From Magallana gigas (lineage: Eukaryota): a stretch of DNA of 64,000 nucleotides. Below are positions 1-14,397 of this stretch, one piece after another. How positions within the stretch are numbered: the stretch's first letter is position 1; each line of letters starts with the position of its first letter. The DNA is taken from positions 30,876,001 to 30,940,000 of the forward strand of contig NC_088858.1 in NCBI RefSeq assembly GCF_963853765.1, written 5' to 3'. Both the position numbers and the translations under genes were made by a program. Under the pieces are notes generated by a model. The model was given only the letters and a program-made list of their open reading frames with translations, searched no databases and had not been told where the DNA came from.

Positions 1-99
1 GAAGCGCGAGGGGTAAACAATTACAAAATTACTAGTAAAAGAAAGAAAAAAAGACTTGATAAAGAAAAGAAAGAAAAAATGAGTCGAACAGATTCTTAC

Positions 100-142
100 C
101 TATATCAAGAAGGAAAAGAATACACCCAATGATCAAAGTCAT
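100..142 (-). CDS. CTL-0: first (signal-peptide) exon of a perlucin-like C-type lectin; rest of gene lies left of the window
   Basis: 43 nt, ATG...ATA G|GTAAG, MTLIIGCILFLLDI; same translation, length and phase as exon 1 of CTL-1 (9825-9867); flanks align with 9721 onward. Confidence 0.75.
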
Positions 143-1291
143 ACTAAATCCAGTTGTCTGAGATACTATCAGACTAGTCATGCTGGTACATATGTGTATG
201 CATTGAGGTTCTATAAAAATGCCCTTTGGTCGTGGTCACTTAGTTCTATAGATAACAAAATCTTTGCATTTACAGCGCATGCTTGGAGCATTGATATATT
301 TAATGGAAATGTATACAGGTTTTCTAAGTAATGCTCGTAGAGTCTAATGTCACAAATTAAGCTTAGAAGTAATGGTAATGCAATGCATTATATTTCAAAA
401 TATAGTGTTGGCATTGCTTTGCATTACTTATTTATCCATATTCATTTATAAAATTGGGATGGATTGAAGAACTGAAATTGTACTTCATTAAAAGTTATTT
501 TAACGATGAAATAAAATATTCTTGAGATGAAAATAGGTAAGTTGTATTATTAAAATAATTAGAAAATCATTTTAAGCTGTAACAAGACAATAGGATTCAA
601 TTTTCAGGAATATGGTTATTAAGAGTTTTAAATTATCAAAATGATCGCTTTAATCGGTTGGTTGTGCATGCAATAATAGGGCTATAACAACATAATTTGA
701 TACAACTTTTAAGACTTTCGTTATTAAGAGTTCAAAATTATCAAAATAATGTATGAATCATTAGATTTGAAATTCATAGTGAAAATGGACCTGTAGATAT
801 GCTTAAGTGTGTTTCATATATATAAACATTTGTAAAAACTATATTTATATACCTATAGTTTGAAAAAAAATATATTGACTTTTCATAAAGTTATGATAAA
901 GAAAATGCATTAATTTACTCATGTAATTGTAATATAATGCATTACTTTTAAGAAAATTACCTTATGTTTATAGTGATTTGATGCCCAAATTCAAGTAATG
1001 GTAATGTAATACATTTTAAACAATGTCATTTTCTCAAACCTGATATAGTGATGTATATTTCTTGTTGTGTCTGTATTTGTTTACTTCTCAAAATAAGTAT
1101 GGTATTTTTGTGAAGAGAATATGTAATTGTAAATATCACTAGAATAATATAAAAATAATATGTAAAATTGTTAAGTCGCAGAATGTTTTGAGTTGAGAAT
1201 ATACCTCGTTTGCAAGGCTAAATAAAAGATATATAAGACAAATAAAAGATAGTTTTCCCTTCATATGAAATATACAAAATTGTACTATTAA

Positions 1292-1739
1292 GGTCAGACG
1301 ACACGTTCCTCAAAAATCTTTTTTGTATCTCCTCGTAGTTAAGAGTTCCAATAAAAATATTAATTTTATAATTACTTTAAATATGATCAAATTTTACTTG
1401 GATTTCGTTATACATGTATGTCTAGATGGTGGAGTCGTTAGAACCGTGGCCGCTCACTGCCAAAAGCGTAAAGGTTCTAGAGGTTGTGAGTTCAAAGCCC
1501 CGCCCCGGCGGATATATTGTTCTAATAATTACACTGTGCTGTAGATGTTTTTATTTTTATATCAGCAAAAAAATTGTAATTTTCAGAAGATTATATAGGA
1601 TATTGCATACTCTAGTATTTTGCAGAAATGCCTGGTACGGTACCCTAAATTTTTGCAAGAAAGCTTGTCAAAGTAGTAGTAAACCATTAACAAATTCCTG
1701 GATAAAGTTATCTAAAATTGAGGAACGTGTTGTCTGACC
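1292..1739. mobile_element. Kolobok-like TTAA-flanked MITE with tRNA-like internal segment
   Basis: TIRs GGTCAGACGACACGTTCCTC / GAGGAACGTGTTGTCTGACC; left flank TTAA, right TTTAG (degenerate); internal B-box-like GAGTTCAAAGCCC near 1487-1500. Confidence 0.6.
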
Positions 1740-2459
1740 TTTAGTAGATATAGCTTAGAGATTCTGTAATATGTTTCTACAAATGCATCATTCGCATATT
1801 ATGTCATATATGTACATATGTTGTGGAATGAAAAATCCAATTAAAAACAAAGATATGTATTACAAATAAAAGATCATTTTCCCCGGCAAAGTTCCGGGCA
1901 CTTTATTTTTATCAGCGATAGTAGGATGGTTACCATGTTAGAAAACACATATATGTAAAGTGTAAAACGGTATATCAAATTGTGTTGGCATGTGTGCAAT
2001 TCTGATCGTGTAACAACTCGGGCATAAAGACTTTAAGGTTTGATTAAGTTCCTTTGTATTGTGTACATTGTTTTAGCTTTATGGTTTTACATTTAATCTT
2101 TAACTTGGCACATTTTTAATCCGTAGTTTCTACATTTGTATCTTCATGCTCGAAAATAGCACATGTGACATGTTGCAGATAGACAAATGTAAAGTCTGCA
2201 AAGCTGTCGAAATTTGACATGACCTTATATGACAAGTGCTTTTCACAGGAAAAACCATGCCATAAATGTTGGCATGGATCAAATATATCTAATTCATCTG
2301 TTAAAATAATCCTTTAATTAACAAAATTGCATCTTTGGATCAAAAATATTATTTTTGAAAAAGATATAAAGGTATGACCCACATCTTTACCAAACAAGAA
2401 GATGTAAAATCGGTACCGGTCAATTGCAAGGTTGTACTCAAAATTTGTACAAACCGGAC

Positions 2460-2540
2460 GTGTGAGGGACCGAGGAAAATTTCAAAGCGCCGCGTAACTA
2501 CTAGGCAACAAGACCGACACATCCTATTTATCCGAGCAAA
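2460..2540 (+). mobile_element. Possible decayed Tc1-like transposase fragment
   Basis: Frame reads RRVTTRQQDRHILFI, resembling the Tc1 GRPRxTTxRxDRxI linker; lies in sequence absent from the paralogous block (13.9-14.3 kb). Short and weak. Confidence 0.3.
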
Positions 2541-5130
2541 TGGAGGTCACACCCGATATTGATATGTGAATCACATAATGGGGGGGGGGGGGGGGGGAGA
2601 AGTACCAATGTTTCATAAACAGTACTCAAAGCAACTGGTCAATAAGTTTGCAACAAATTATGTTTCATTTTCTGTATTATAAGAAACTAATCAATCTTTG
2701 TTGTGTACAGATCAAAAACAATCAAAGAAATAGTAAATGGTGCGTTAGCAATTTTGCCTAGTGACACTGTGTATGTATTTACTCTGTATTCAATACCTCT
2801 ACTCCGGGGGACATAAAATTTACAATTTTGGAAGAGGGCTTCCGTAGCTTACAGATCTAAATATCTATTATTTTAATTTTTGTTACAGGTGAGTGTCCTT
2901 AGTGTCCCTATGAAGTAATAGTCATGAAATTTAAATTTGATGTTCGTACTCTAAAGATACATCAAAATATATTTTAAAAAACCGGTCATGTAGTTTTTAA
3001 GAAGAATTTAAGGTGCATCGATTATCAGCCTCAAAGCATTTTTTTCATCTCAAAAATGTGATTCATCCTTCAAACTTTATAAACTAAATAAAAAAGAAAA
3101 CATTTACTGATGCTATCCATGCATTTAACGAATTTAATTCGAAGTTCTTGCAATTTCGCCCACGATGATTTTAATGAAATAGATATAGAAGTTGAGATCA
3201 AATAAGAACAGGTATTTTTTTAAAGGAATGATTAGCATGTAGTGTCATGGGTCAGCTATGTTAATGTAATACGAAAGCATACGAAGCCGATCACAATAAA
3301 AAGACGGTTGTACCGGTGTATCGGATGATCAAACCCATTTCCAAGTGTGTAGAAGATCTCTGTGAAACCACGTAGCTGTTGTAGTTCGTTGAATATCTGA
3401 ATGTAATATTAACAAGTAATAGCTTTCCAAAAAGCTTGCCTGACTAAACAAAATTATTCAATGGAAGCATGCATGTATCAATTAGGTTATCTTATCAGAA
3501 ATGAATTTTAATTTTCGCTGCTGATCATAAATTTATAAACGGAATATGCAAATTGAAGACGAAATGTCAGTCTTATCTTCGATCTAGAATATGTACATAT
3601 ATATCACTTAATTATGTACATATTTATCACTTAATTCAATATTTTTTTAGGAATGTGCACATATCAAATAATATTTAAGTGCATGTAAGCTTGAAAGCTG
3701 GAGAATAAATAGTCTTTTTTTTTTAATAATTGTATTTATTATATTAAGATGCAAAATCGACTGAAAGGCATTTTTAAAAAGTTCTAACCATATGAAATAT
3801 GAAAGGGTACAAACACGTATTGTTTTTTAATGTGTGTGGGCAGCTTCATCAAAAGCAATTAAAAAAGGGTGAATTCTTCATGACAAATAACCTAACTGTA
3901 ACTTCAATTCAATTAGAATTCCTTATTTGCAGTTTCATTTATTGCGTGCTCCTACAAAAGTGGAGGGGGGGGAGGGGCAAATCTTTGATATTTCCATTTG
4001 TCATATAAAGTTTAAGAAAATTGCCAGCCGCCAAAAAAGTGGGGAGGGGGAAGCAGCCCCCCTCAACCCAACCCCCGAAGCTACGTGCCTGTGATGTAAA
4101 CACATGGTGTGCTCTGGGGTGTTCGCATGATCCCAACGGACTCGTCAACTAATCAGCGCGCAAAAACTATGAATGAGACATTATGGCGCGAAATCCTGCT
4201 ATTACCGTTCACACAACAAATGAACTCATCCATTGGCAGAGATCCATGGGGAGGGGGTCAGATGAATATTATATTATACTTTGGATCGGGTGTCTTCGAA
4301 GAAATCTATCGAATTAAGAAACACACTTGATTAGTAATTGTTAAATGTAGTAATGTACATTTAGTAAGACACGCGAGTTAAGACCCCTTTTCAAGATTAA
4401 TGAAATCGCCCAACTGAACGAAAATCGGGTCACACCCCGCTTTGGCGATTGAGTTCCTCCAGTAAACATACTGGTCAGCCGTATATAATATATATTTGTT
4501 TTAATCCAAACTGATGACTCTTTTGTAATAATGAAAATCCAACACCAATTATTACTTACATTGTACCGTAATAGACAATATGTTACAACTTGTTGCCATG
4601 GACCCCTACCCCTTTTTCACCGTTCAAATATGATGTAATGCTGATCTATTTTTAAATCAGGATTACACACGTGCATTGCATGGTGACCGTCCCTTTTACT
4701 TGAAAACACTTGCCTGCTGTTGTTATTACATGCCATATAACATTTTCATCAATTGTGAATATAAATGCTGACATCTTAAACATGCATCGGTTAATCTTTT
4801 TTGTGAAATATCATGATATTGCTTGTCCCATTGTCTGCACTGTTTCGGAGAATGCAACTTTTAAACCTTAGATGTGCCTGACGTCATGACGTCAGGCAAC
4901 AATACCAAACTAATAAAATTTCTCTGTATAAAAGGCAGATTTCTGGTACGAATAAAAAATTTGCAGATAATTTAGAGTTATCGAAAATTTCTGACCATGA
5001 GAGATCCTTTAAAATGTACAAATGTTAACATACGACGCACGACGTACGTCGGAAGATGGACGACGACGAAAGAGGTTAAAAAAAACCCAAGATAAGATAC
5101 GTCACATGATTGACACTGACAGATAATTGC

Positions 5131-5173
5131 CTATATCAAGAAGAAAATGTATACCGCCAATTACCATGGTCAT
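5131..5173 (-). pseudogene. Orphan CTL first exon, decayed copy
   Basis: MTMVIGGIHFLLDI, 43 nt; donor GCAATT instead of GTAAGT; no exons 2-4 between it and CTL-0; paralog of 14398-14440. Confidence 0.7.
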
Positions 5174-5962
5174 ATTGAAACCAGTTGTCTGTTACTGTGT
5201 TACATTCACTATGTGATATATTGGAAAGCGTTTAGATGACAAGATTATTAAATCGTGATCACTTGGTTTCAGATAAAAGTACGTAGATTTAAACATTAGC
5301 TATACACATTGTATATTGATATATCATTCGTATTTGTGTACTTTTCAAAATAACTGCTGTTTTTTCTTTTTAAGAGAGATATTTACAACTGTAGATGTTA
5401 TATCAATAGATGTGCATGTCTGTAATAGTCTGTAATATTGTTAAGTAAAGAAATGTTTCATGGAAAAAATTCCCCTTGTTTTAAAGGCTTGTTATTAGAA
5501 ATCAATCAACAAACAAAAAATCTGAATTTTTCAATAAAATGTCCTTATAATAAGATATGATTTTTCCATCAAAACAATCATTAGCAAATTAACAATGTTG
5601 TGCATATGTGTACACCATGTAAGTGTACATATTTATTTTTCCTATCATTCGAATGACACAAACCTGCTGCTCCATGAACGGTAACATAAATAACACATGT
5701 ACATGAATTCCTATCGTCTGACTGATTTATTTACAATTTACAAACACATGTTTAGCCAACTACTGGATTTTCATCTTTATTGCTGAAAAACACATATTAA
5801 AAAAATGAATATCAATTTAAGATTGATACATATTTAATAAAAAAGAATTAAAAGATATTTTTTCATCGTTTCAAAATCGTGTGACGATGCAGATGTGACA
5901 GTGTATTTCTAAAAAATGCAAAAGAATAAAACAAGATAACAATGCATCTGTCATTACATTAA

Positions 5963-7543
5963 AGGACGTGTCGCATGTTTTTCAATTTTCGGAATTTTTT
6001 AAATAAAATCATTCTATACTCATTAAAAATCAAGTTTATTAACGTTTTCATAAAATATTCTGTTTAATTCTTGAGTTTGAAAGCGATGAAATTCAAATGT
6101 CGCGATATGCATATTTTCTCTCTCGATCTACCCGCCATGATGTGTGACGTCATATGCGACCTCGAGCGAGAAGGTGCTGTTAGCCATCTTTGTAATTGGA
6201 TTAGATTTAAACGACAATTAAACTAATTATCACCTATTTAATTGCCGATAACGGGACATGATGGTGTTCTGTGCCTCCTGCGGGTGATTTAGCCACCGAA
6301 AATGGGGATTTGGACTGTTGTTTTTTTAAGTTTCCCTTACGAAAGTAAGCGGAAATCTTGTGACAAATAGGGGTCTATCTGTCGACGAGAGGATTTATAA
6401 ATAAACATTCAATTCATAGATTATTAATTATATGGTACATTTTTGTAATTATAGTTTCATAAATAAATCGTATTCATTTCTCAATAAGAAAAAAATAGAA
6501 GTTTATGCACAGGGGCCTGTGTACAAAACGCTAGTTCATCGGAGAAAAATAACGAGAGGGGACGCCATTTTGCAAACCGCCTCGCTTCATTAGCTGTTTT
6601 CTTTTTCTTATTGTTAAACTATACGTTCATGTATGCATCGGTTTTGTATACATGATTTCTTCATTCATACATGTATCTCACCTCTGCAGAAATCATAATT
6701 TTAGTACGGTACATGAGATTTCTGTTAGTTTTATTTTTTGTGGAAGAAGTCATGGATCGAGTTGTCGATATTGATTGTTTACGCGAGAAATAGACAAAGT
6801 TTGTTGATATACATTTATACGTAAATGGATAAAAAAAATACGTAGATGGGATCTTACAGAAATAAACAATAATTAAGGAATACGTTCTTGCCTGCTTTTA
6901 TAATCCAGTGTAATATAGAGTAAACAACCTTAGAAAGGTGTGATCAGTTACTGCCGAAGAAACAAACTTCTTGTGTACCACAGTTTTTACAATAATGAAC
7001 ATTCTGAGTCGTTAGGAACGCCAAAAACCAAGACTGTTGTAGATTTTAATAAATAAACACCTTTAACAGATTTATTTGAGCTACAATCCTTACTAAGTTG
7101 TGTTGACAATGTTTAAACGTCGATCAATTTGATTGTCATTGCCGACTTCATCGTCGCTTTTTCGGCAATATCATCGTTTTTTATCCGTACTAGTGGCTCA
7201 AACATGTACGACTGAATAATAAGATTCTTTTAATTTAGTCAGCATGTAAAAAAACCAACTTACATGGTGAATGAATGTCAAAATTTAAAGAAGACGATGC
7301 TAATCCTACAATTTGTTTACAATCAGCTGTTCGAAGAAGGTCGCATGTGACGTCACTGTACCACGTGACACGGTATCTAATTAACGAGTTTTTAAACGAT
7401 CGGGGCTATAATTTAAATTGATATTATGGCTAATTACCGCTTTTATACCGTTAACAAACTGTTAGGAGTAATTATTAGATATATATACAAGGAAGCCAAA
7501 AAATGTAAAATGTCGTATACTTTAGAAACATGCGATATGTCCT
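5963..7543. mobile_element. Kolobok-like non-autonomous DNA transposon (~1.58 kb)
   Basis: TTAA|AGGACGTGTCGCATGTTT ... AAACATGCGATATGTCCT|TTAA; internal inverted motif GTGACGTCATATGCGA (~6144) / TCGCATGTGACGTCAC (~7341); not present in the paralogous block at 15.2-15.5 kb. Confidence 0.7.
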
Positions 7544-7841
7544 TTAAAATTGCGAATTTTAGCGTAAAATGTGCATGTGTAGTTTTGTTAGCCACAGTTT
7601 GATTGGTTGGATGTTCGAGAGCAGTAGCGTATCAGAACAGCTAAAGTTTACTCAAATTGACTCTGTGAGTAGTTATTTCGAATATATTTGTGTTATGTTT
7701 ATTTTAAATTGTCACTTTGTGTTGCTTACATGCACTCATTGGATAGGCTGATAATTTATATATTAAACCCAGAACAATTAAAATATCTTTCCCCGGTAAA
7801 ACAAAACGACTTATTTATATGCAACGAACAAAGAGAACATC

Positions 7842-8104
7842 TCACGTAGTTTCGCAAATATAAGGATAAAGTCTGTCACAGTCTTGGTCATTCCAATGGT
7901 AATGCTGACTAATACCCTTTTTCAGACAATTTTGACCGTCCTTGTTGTTGGGTTCACCGCCAGCAAAATTTGAGTATTGAATCAACTCTCCTTCCGGTTC
8001 CCATACCCACATTCCCTCTACAGTCCAATCAGAACCGCCCATCCATGCATGACCCGCTACAATTTATTTTGCCATTTAAATCCATGCGATTTATGTACTA
8101 TGAC

Positions 8105-8186
<82 letters not shown>

Positions 8187-9867
8187 CAAATATTGACTGG
8201 GATTGAGGGAAATATTGATTATATTAGCCCCCGAGGCACGAAATATTGCTCGACGCGAAGCGGAGGGCAATATTATCGTCCCAAGGGGGCTAATATAATC
8301 AAACTTGCCCGAAAACACAGTCAACATTTGTTTTGTTATATGAAGAAACAAACCAAAAATTAAGAAAGTAATTGAAAACAGATCACCGTAATTTTCTCAT
8401 CTCAACAAAGAATTCACGAATTCAATTTTGTGCAAAAGTTCATTTCCAAAATATCCTCAGCATCAAACGGTCACTGGTGATATTCCGCCGACCGTAAGAA
8501 TTAACATACAGATGTTCTACCTGATTTTACTTCACAGTATTTTGCAAATTCTTATATCCGTTATGATAGCAAACCGTCGCGCGTCCGTTATTTACTTGCC
8601 TTGACTGACTGTCTATTATGACGTCATCTTGTTTTGGAGTCGCGAAGAGTTATTTACGACATCGTTTACAAATCAACAAATCAGAGGCAATTATTTGAAA
8701 TAGAGGGAATGTTCTCTAGATATTATTCCTAGCCGGTCAATATAAAAAAAATATTGACCGGTCAATATTTTTTGGACGAGCTAATATTACAATTATTGAC
8801 TATTCGTCCATATAGAGTTAAATAGTANNNNNNNNNNNNNNNNNNNNNNNNNNNNNNNNNNNNNNNNNNNNNNNNNNNNNNNNNNNNNNNNNNNNNNNNN
8901 NNNNNNNNNNNNNNNNNNNNNNNNNNNNNNNNNNNNNNNNNNNNNNNNNNNNNNNNNNNNNNNNNNNNNNNNNNNNNNNNNNNNGTGATCGACCAAACGC
9001 TTTTATGAAGTTATGTCAGCTTTAACGCACGACACACGGCGCATGACGCACGAGGACGAACATAAACAGCTTGCAATAGGTCATCATAGTACTCATATGA
9101 CCTACAAATCAAATATTCAGCAACAATGTTAATAATTCTCACCTCCATTAGTTACCATTAGATTGGTTGTAAATGTATCCTCACTGGCACTGGTTACATG
9201 AACCAGGTATGCACCGTGTATCTCGCACATTTTCTGGGTACGGAAATAAAGAAATAATTGTATGCTTCATGTGAAACAGACTTTCATACTTCTGAATTTA
9301 TTATTTGTTCTTCCCTTTAAAACTAAACTGGAGTTTGCAACAAACACTTATTCAATTGATAAAACATCAAAAAACATATGCAAACCATCATTCAAAAAGC
9401 GATAGTTATGCCAAACCCATAGGGAGTAAAACAAACAAGAAAAATATGGCATGAGAAGGAGAATTTGAGTGGATACAGATGGAAAAATGTATACTTTTTA
9501 ATTTAGTATGAAAATTTTTAATTTATTTTGAAGTAGAAATATTCAAACTATCGTTTACCACTGACCATGCTATCCATCCATGATTCTTCCTCTAATGATA
9601 AATGATAGCAAGACGTGTTGAAAGTAGTCCATCCGGGGGGACACCCAAAAGCTGCAATGTAAAGACTTACCTTTTCACGATGAATGAATGATTTGTATAA
9701 ACATTTTGATTATTTTAAGAGAAGCGCGAAGGGATAAGTAAACAATAACAAAATTATTAGTAAAAGAAATTAAAAAAAAGCTTGATGAAGAAAAGGAAGA
9801 AAAATAAGTCTTACAGATTCTCACCTATATCAAGAAGGAAAAGTATACATCCAATGATCAGAGTCAT
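7842..9867 (-). CDS. CTL-1: perlucin-like secreted C-type lectin, EPN/WND type, ~144 aa
   Basis: Exons 9825-9867, 9566-9651, 9143-9233, 7842-8056 with GT-AG junctions in phases 1,0,1; signal peptide, CPPGW..SCY, WMGGSD, EPN, WND, six CTLD cysteines. A phase-2 donor overlaps the stop (AC|GTGAGA), so a short exon 5 is possible. Intron 3 contains an N-gap. Confidence 0.9.
8108..8180. repeat. (TA)n microsatellite in CTL-1 intron 3
   Basis: Uninterrupted TA run; source of the spurious YIYIYI ORFs. Confidence 0.95.
8193..8324. repeat. Palindromic (foldback) element with CGACGCGAAGCGGAGG core
   Basis: Imperfect ~57-bp arms TTGACTG...AATATTGC / GCAATATT...CAGTCAA around a GC-rich spacer; same core as 28793-28935. 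Confidence 0.7.
8828..8984. other. Assembly gap (N run)
   Basis: 157 N in CTL-1 intron 3. Confidence 0.99.
9024..9108 (+). mobile_element. Helentron/DINE-like terminal remnant
   Basis: GACGCACGA-like microrepeat followed by hairpin TAGGTCA...TGACCTA and A-run, an arrangement typical of non-autonomous Helentron ends; degenerate. Confidence 0.4.
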
Positions 9868-10992
9868 GCTAAATCCAGTTGTCTGTGTTACTATCAAACT
9901 ATTCATGCTGGTACGCATGTGCATACATTGAGGTAAGATAAAATACCATTTGGTCGATGTCGCTTAGTTTTAAAGATAACTAAATCACGTTCTCTAAGTA
10001 ATGCTAGTAGTGTCTAATGACACAAAATTAAGCTTAGAGTACATATACTTGTAATGCATTACTTTTCAAAATCTAATGTTCGCATTACAAGACATTTACA
10101 TGGCTTTGCATTACTTATTTATCCATATTCCTTTTTAAAATCGGGATGAATTGAAGAAATGAAATTGTACTTGATTTTAAGTTTTTTTAACGACAAAAAA
10201 ACCCCCAATTCTTTAGATAAAAATATATGAGTTGCATTATTTAAACAATTAAAAAATCCCTTTTAGCTATAACATGACAATTAGATACAATTTTTAAGAA
10301 CGTTGTTATTAAGAGTTAAGAATTATTAAAATAATCACTTTAATTAGTTGTGCATTCATTGAATGGACTATAACAACACAATAAGATACAATTTTCAAGA
10401 GTTTTGTTATCAAGAGTTTAAAATTATTAAAACAATTACTTTAATTAGTTGTGTATTCAATGAATGATTTACTGTGAAAAAAGTGTCAACAACACATAAT
10501 GCCTTTTGGATGATAAGTACCAAAACAATCTATTATTGAGAAGTGAATAAAACGATACACCCCTTCTTTTGGCTGTACTCATGAATCACAAAAGATGAAA
10601 GTTTTGAAACTGTGATGATCAGAGAATGCAATAAAAATCTTATGTAGAAATCATTAGATTTGAAATTACGCATGTATGATAAGGCAACTCTCAGCAATCG
10701 ATAGAGTAAAAATTCCTTTGATCAATATGACGTCACAATAAGCAGCATAATGTCATATTTTACTCAGAAACATGTCGATTTTAACTTTATATCTTGTTTA
10801 AATCATAAAAACTACAGGCATAGAATATCACTAGAAACTATTCTAACTGAATTTATCTTCGATTTCTCTGTATTACGTATAATTATCATTGATGACGTCA
10901 CAAGCATGTTTAATAGAGCAGATTATGTCGGGAGACAAATCATCGGAATGCAGGGTAAATAATGGCGAAATAAGACTTATTTAATGCAGATA

Positions 10993-13255
10993 CGGGTCAT
11001 TATCAAAATATGCAGACTTTTAAAATATGTAAAACATGAGAAAATTATTGGTGAAAAAATTACTTTGATTGCAAAAAACACATTTAACAAACAATAAAGT
11101 ATAACATCTAAAAATTTGCAAACATTGGAATCTACCATTTGGTGGATAATTAGACTAAAATTAAATGAACTGTGAACATTTTGTCAGTGGTGTAACAGGC
11201 ATATAGTATAGGAAAAAATTCTTAGATAAAATAAAATAATTCTTTTAAAATGATGGACATAAAATTTATATCAACAAACTTCATTTAAAGTTATTAGAAT
11301 TAGATAACAGAAAATATTTGACACATTTACATAGTGACCAACATAACATTTGGGACAAAGTCTGATGTTACTCAACAAATTTTTAATTTGAGCATTAAAA
11401 AGAACACAACTGGATTTTTCTTTTAATGGAGCATAAAAAAGACATTATTGTAAATGCACTGGTGTTTTCAAATATACATGAATCATTGTCAGTTAATTTT
11501 ATTTGGAGAAAAATGTACACGTTACACCACTGATTATTATGTTTTACCACTGACTTAAAGTTACACCACTGACCTAGCGATAATAAATAAGAGATAAGTG
11601 TGTTAAATTTTGTAAAATAAACTAATTTCTATTTTTGATTGCATTTAAAACATGAAAAATTTGATCTTAAATAAAAGTTTTCGTGCCTCTTTCTTTCATA
11701 ATCTGAAGATAGACACACTGTTACACCACTTATAATCAGTGTTACACCACTGACACAAAAATGGCATGTAGATGTTTTTTTACATGAATTCACTCATTCT
11801 TTGATGTTATATTTCCACACACTTTTATCCACCTTGTACCGAGTTCGAACTTTCTTCGGCTCATCAATCTCACAAACAACATCTTCAATACTATACCAGC
11901 TCATATCAATCATACACTTTGGATAATAAAATTGAAATTTCTCCAATTTTCTCCAAAATCTATGCATACAATGCATATACACTTCCTCTTTGTCTATATA
12001 TGTTTTTGAAGCTCAGCTAGCATTTGTTACCTTTAAGTATTTGAAAGATTTTAGTATAACATAATAGGGAATGTGAAATGTCAGTGGAATAACATATATT
12101 ATTGTACACTATAAGTCATTAAAAAATTCGATTTTTTAATAAAAATATGATGTGGATAATTTCATTTCTTTATTAGAATAAATTTGTTTTTACTTTTATC
12201 TTTTAATCAAGTATTTAAATGGGTAAAACATAATTAGAGCATACAAAATGTCAATGGTGTTTCAAATAATGTCAATGGTGTAACAGGTCTCATTTTCCAG
12301 ATTAAGAAAACACAATTGCAATTAAATAGTCAAGCTTTCTTTATTGTGACAGTGTCTAACTTGTAATATTGATAAATAACAATTGTTCAAAATGCTCAAA
12401 ATATAAATGAAATGGAAGAAAAAGTAAAATAATTAAATAATGTCATGTGGTGTAACAGTTTTTTCAGTGGTGTAACAACAATTTTTGGTTACACCACTGA
12501 CCGTTATACCACTGATGTATCCATAGTAAATGTAGCAGTATGACCCAAGAGAACAGATACAACACTAAGCTACATAGCCTATGTTATAATGTGATAAACA
12601 TTCATCATTTATGTGAAAAACTTTTTTGTTCTTTCATAATAGAAAACCTTAAATAGCACGTTATCCCACTGACACAGTTTACATTGTATTTTTCGGAGCA
12701 TACTAACATTTTCTGCCATATTTTCTATCACAATGATGTCATCACTGATACATTTAACTTTTTAGTAGCAGGGAATGATGTCACTATGATCTGGGGGATT
12801 CCAACTGTAGTACAATATTATTTACTTGATGTATTTTAAGATATTTTTATATAATTTGCCTTGTAACACCAATGACAAAAACTTTTTGTACAAGCATATA
12901 TCTCATCAAATTCATTGTTTTTAAAAGAGAACTTGTTAAGGAGCATAGCAGAAATTAAAATATGAATGTTGTTTTGAAAATTAACGGCGATTTTTGGAAT
13001 AAAACATCAATATTATTGAAGATATTGTAGGTTAAAGACGTTGGAAAAATTTAATGACAACATAAATTCACTGAAATCTCATAACAAATAATATTTTTTT
13101 TATACTTTAAGCAGTAAAATTGTCGATTTATTTGTTCAACAATATGGGTTTAAGTTTCTAAAATCCAATGGTACTGTATATATTCCCCAGAACATTATTT
13201 TTCCCCCTTTAAATTGACACTGACGCAAAAGGCTGCATATTTTGATAATGACCCA
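10993..13255. mobile_element. TA-flanked TIR DNA transposon derivative (~2.26 kb) with dispersed internal motifs
   Basis: TA|CGGGTCATTATCAAAATATGCAG ... CTGCATATTTTGATAATGACCCA|TA; more than 10 copies of GTTACACCACTGA or its complement; short minus-strand ORF remnant at 11794-11982. Confidence 0.65.
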
Positions 13256-14397
13256 TACCTAAGATTTTGATGAGTGTCAGTTAGGTCATAATCAGGTTTT
13301 ATAACGAGTGTTATAAGGTAAGCAGATAGACATTTCCTCTGTCAGTGTGTACAAAAAAATGCAAAAGTGTAATACTACCCCGGATATTATGAAAGATGAC
13401 TTTGGTAAAAATCGAAAGTATGTGACCTAAACTACATGAAAAATGCTGCTAGAATCCCGTGCTTCGTTGTAGTAAATAAAAATACGTAGTATTTGTAATA
13501 ACATTGATTAAGTCGAGGGGGTTTCCGATGAATAATGACAATATTTATTTTATGCGATTTACAATAGGATTCTAGCAGTAAAACTTATAAACATGAACTA
13601 ATTGCCGATCGAATTATTGTAGCAAACATACAAATGAACTTCGGGGTAGTGTTCCACTTTTTGATTTTTTGTTAAGGTAAAAAGTAATATATTTTAAACC
13701 GTCAATTAAGTGATACCATGGCACGGCAGCTTCAAAGAATGAGTCGACTCCGAAGTAGAAAAATAATATCTTGGTGAACACATTCACCTGGTATTAATAT
13801 TCAGCACTGTTTTCATAAAAATAGTTAATCATAATTTTGACGGTCATTAAACTCAAACTTGCCTTAACCTAATTCTGATAGTGTAACAACTCGGGCATAA
13901 AGACTTTAAGTTTTAATTAAGTTCCTGTGTATTGTGTACATTGTTTTTAGCTTTATGGTTTTAAATTTAATCTTTAACTCGTCACATTTTCAATCCGTAG
14001 TTTCTACATACTTCATGCTCGAAAATAGTACATCTGACATGTTGCAGATAGACAAATGTAAAGTCTACAAAGCTGTCGAATTTTGAAATGATCTTAAATG
14101 CTTGTCACATGAAAAAATGCCATAAATGTCGGCATGGATTAAATATATCTAGTTTACCTGTTAAAATAAACTTTGAATAAACGAAATTGCAAACTATTAC
14201 TTTTGAAAACGATATAAAGGTATGACCCAATTCTTTACCAAACAAGAAGATTCGCATTTAAAACTCGATACCTGTATGCAGAATGTTGTTATATTTGAAT
14301 ATTATTCCCATAGTACTACATTTTTAGTATTATACGATAAGGGTTAATATTTACTGCAACCAAATAAGATAGGTCACTGACACTAACAGATACTTAC

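Noticed and set aside
7970-8363. ORFs of 78-128 aa with YIYIYI runs
   Set aside because: Translation of a (TA)n microsatellite plus a palindromic repeat.
11180-12680. Recurring 13-mer resembling a CRISPR-like array
   Set aside because: Irregular spacing, both orientations, no constant-length spacers, eukaryotic context, and enclosed by transposon TIRs.
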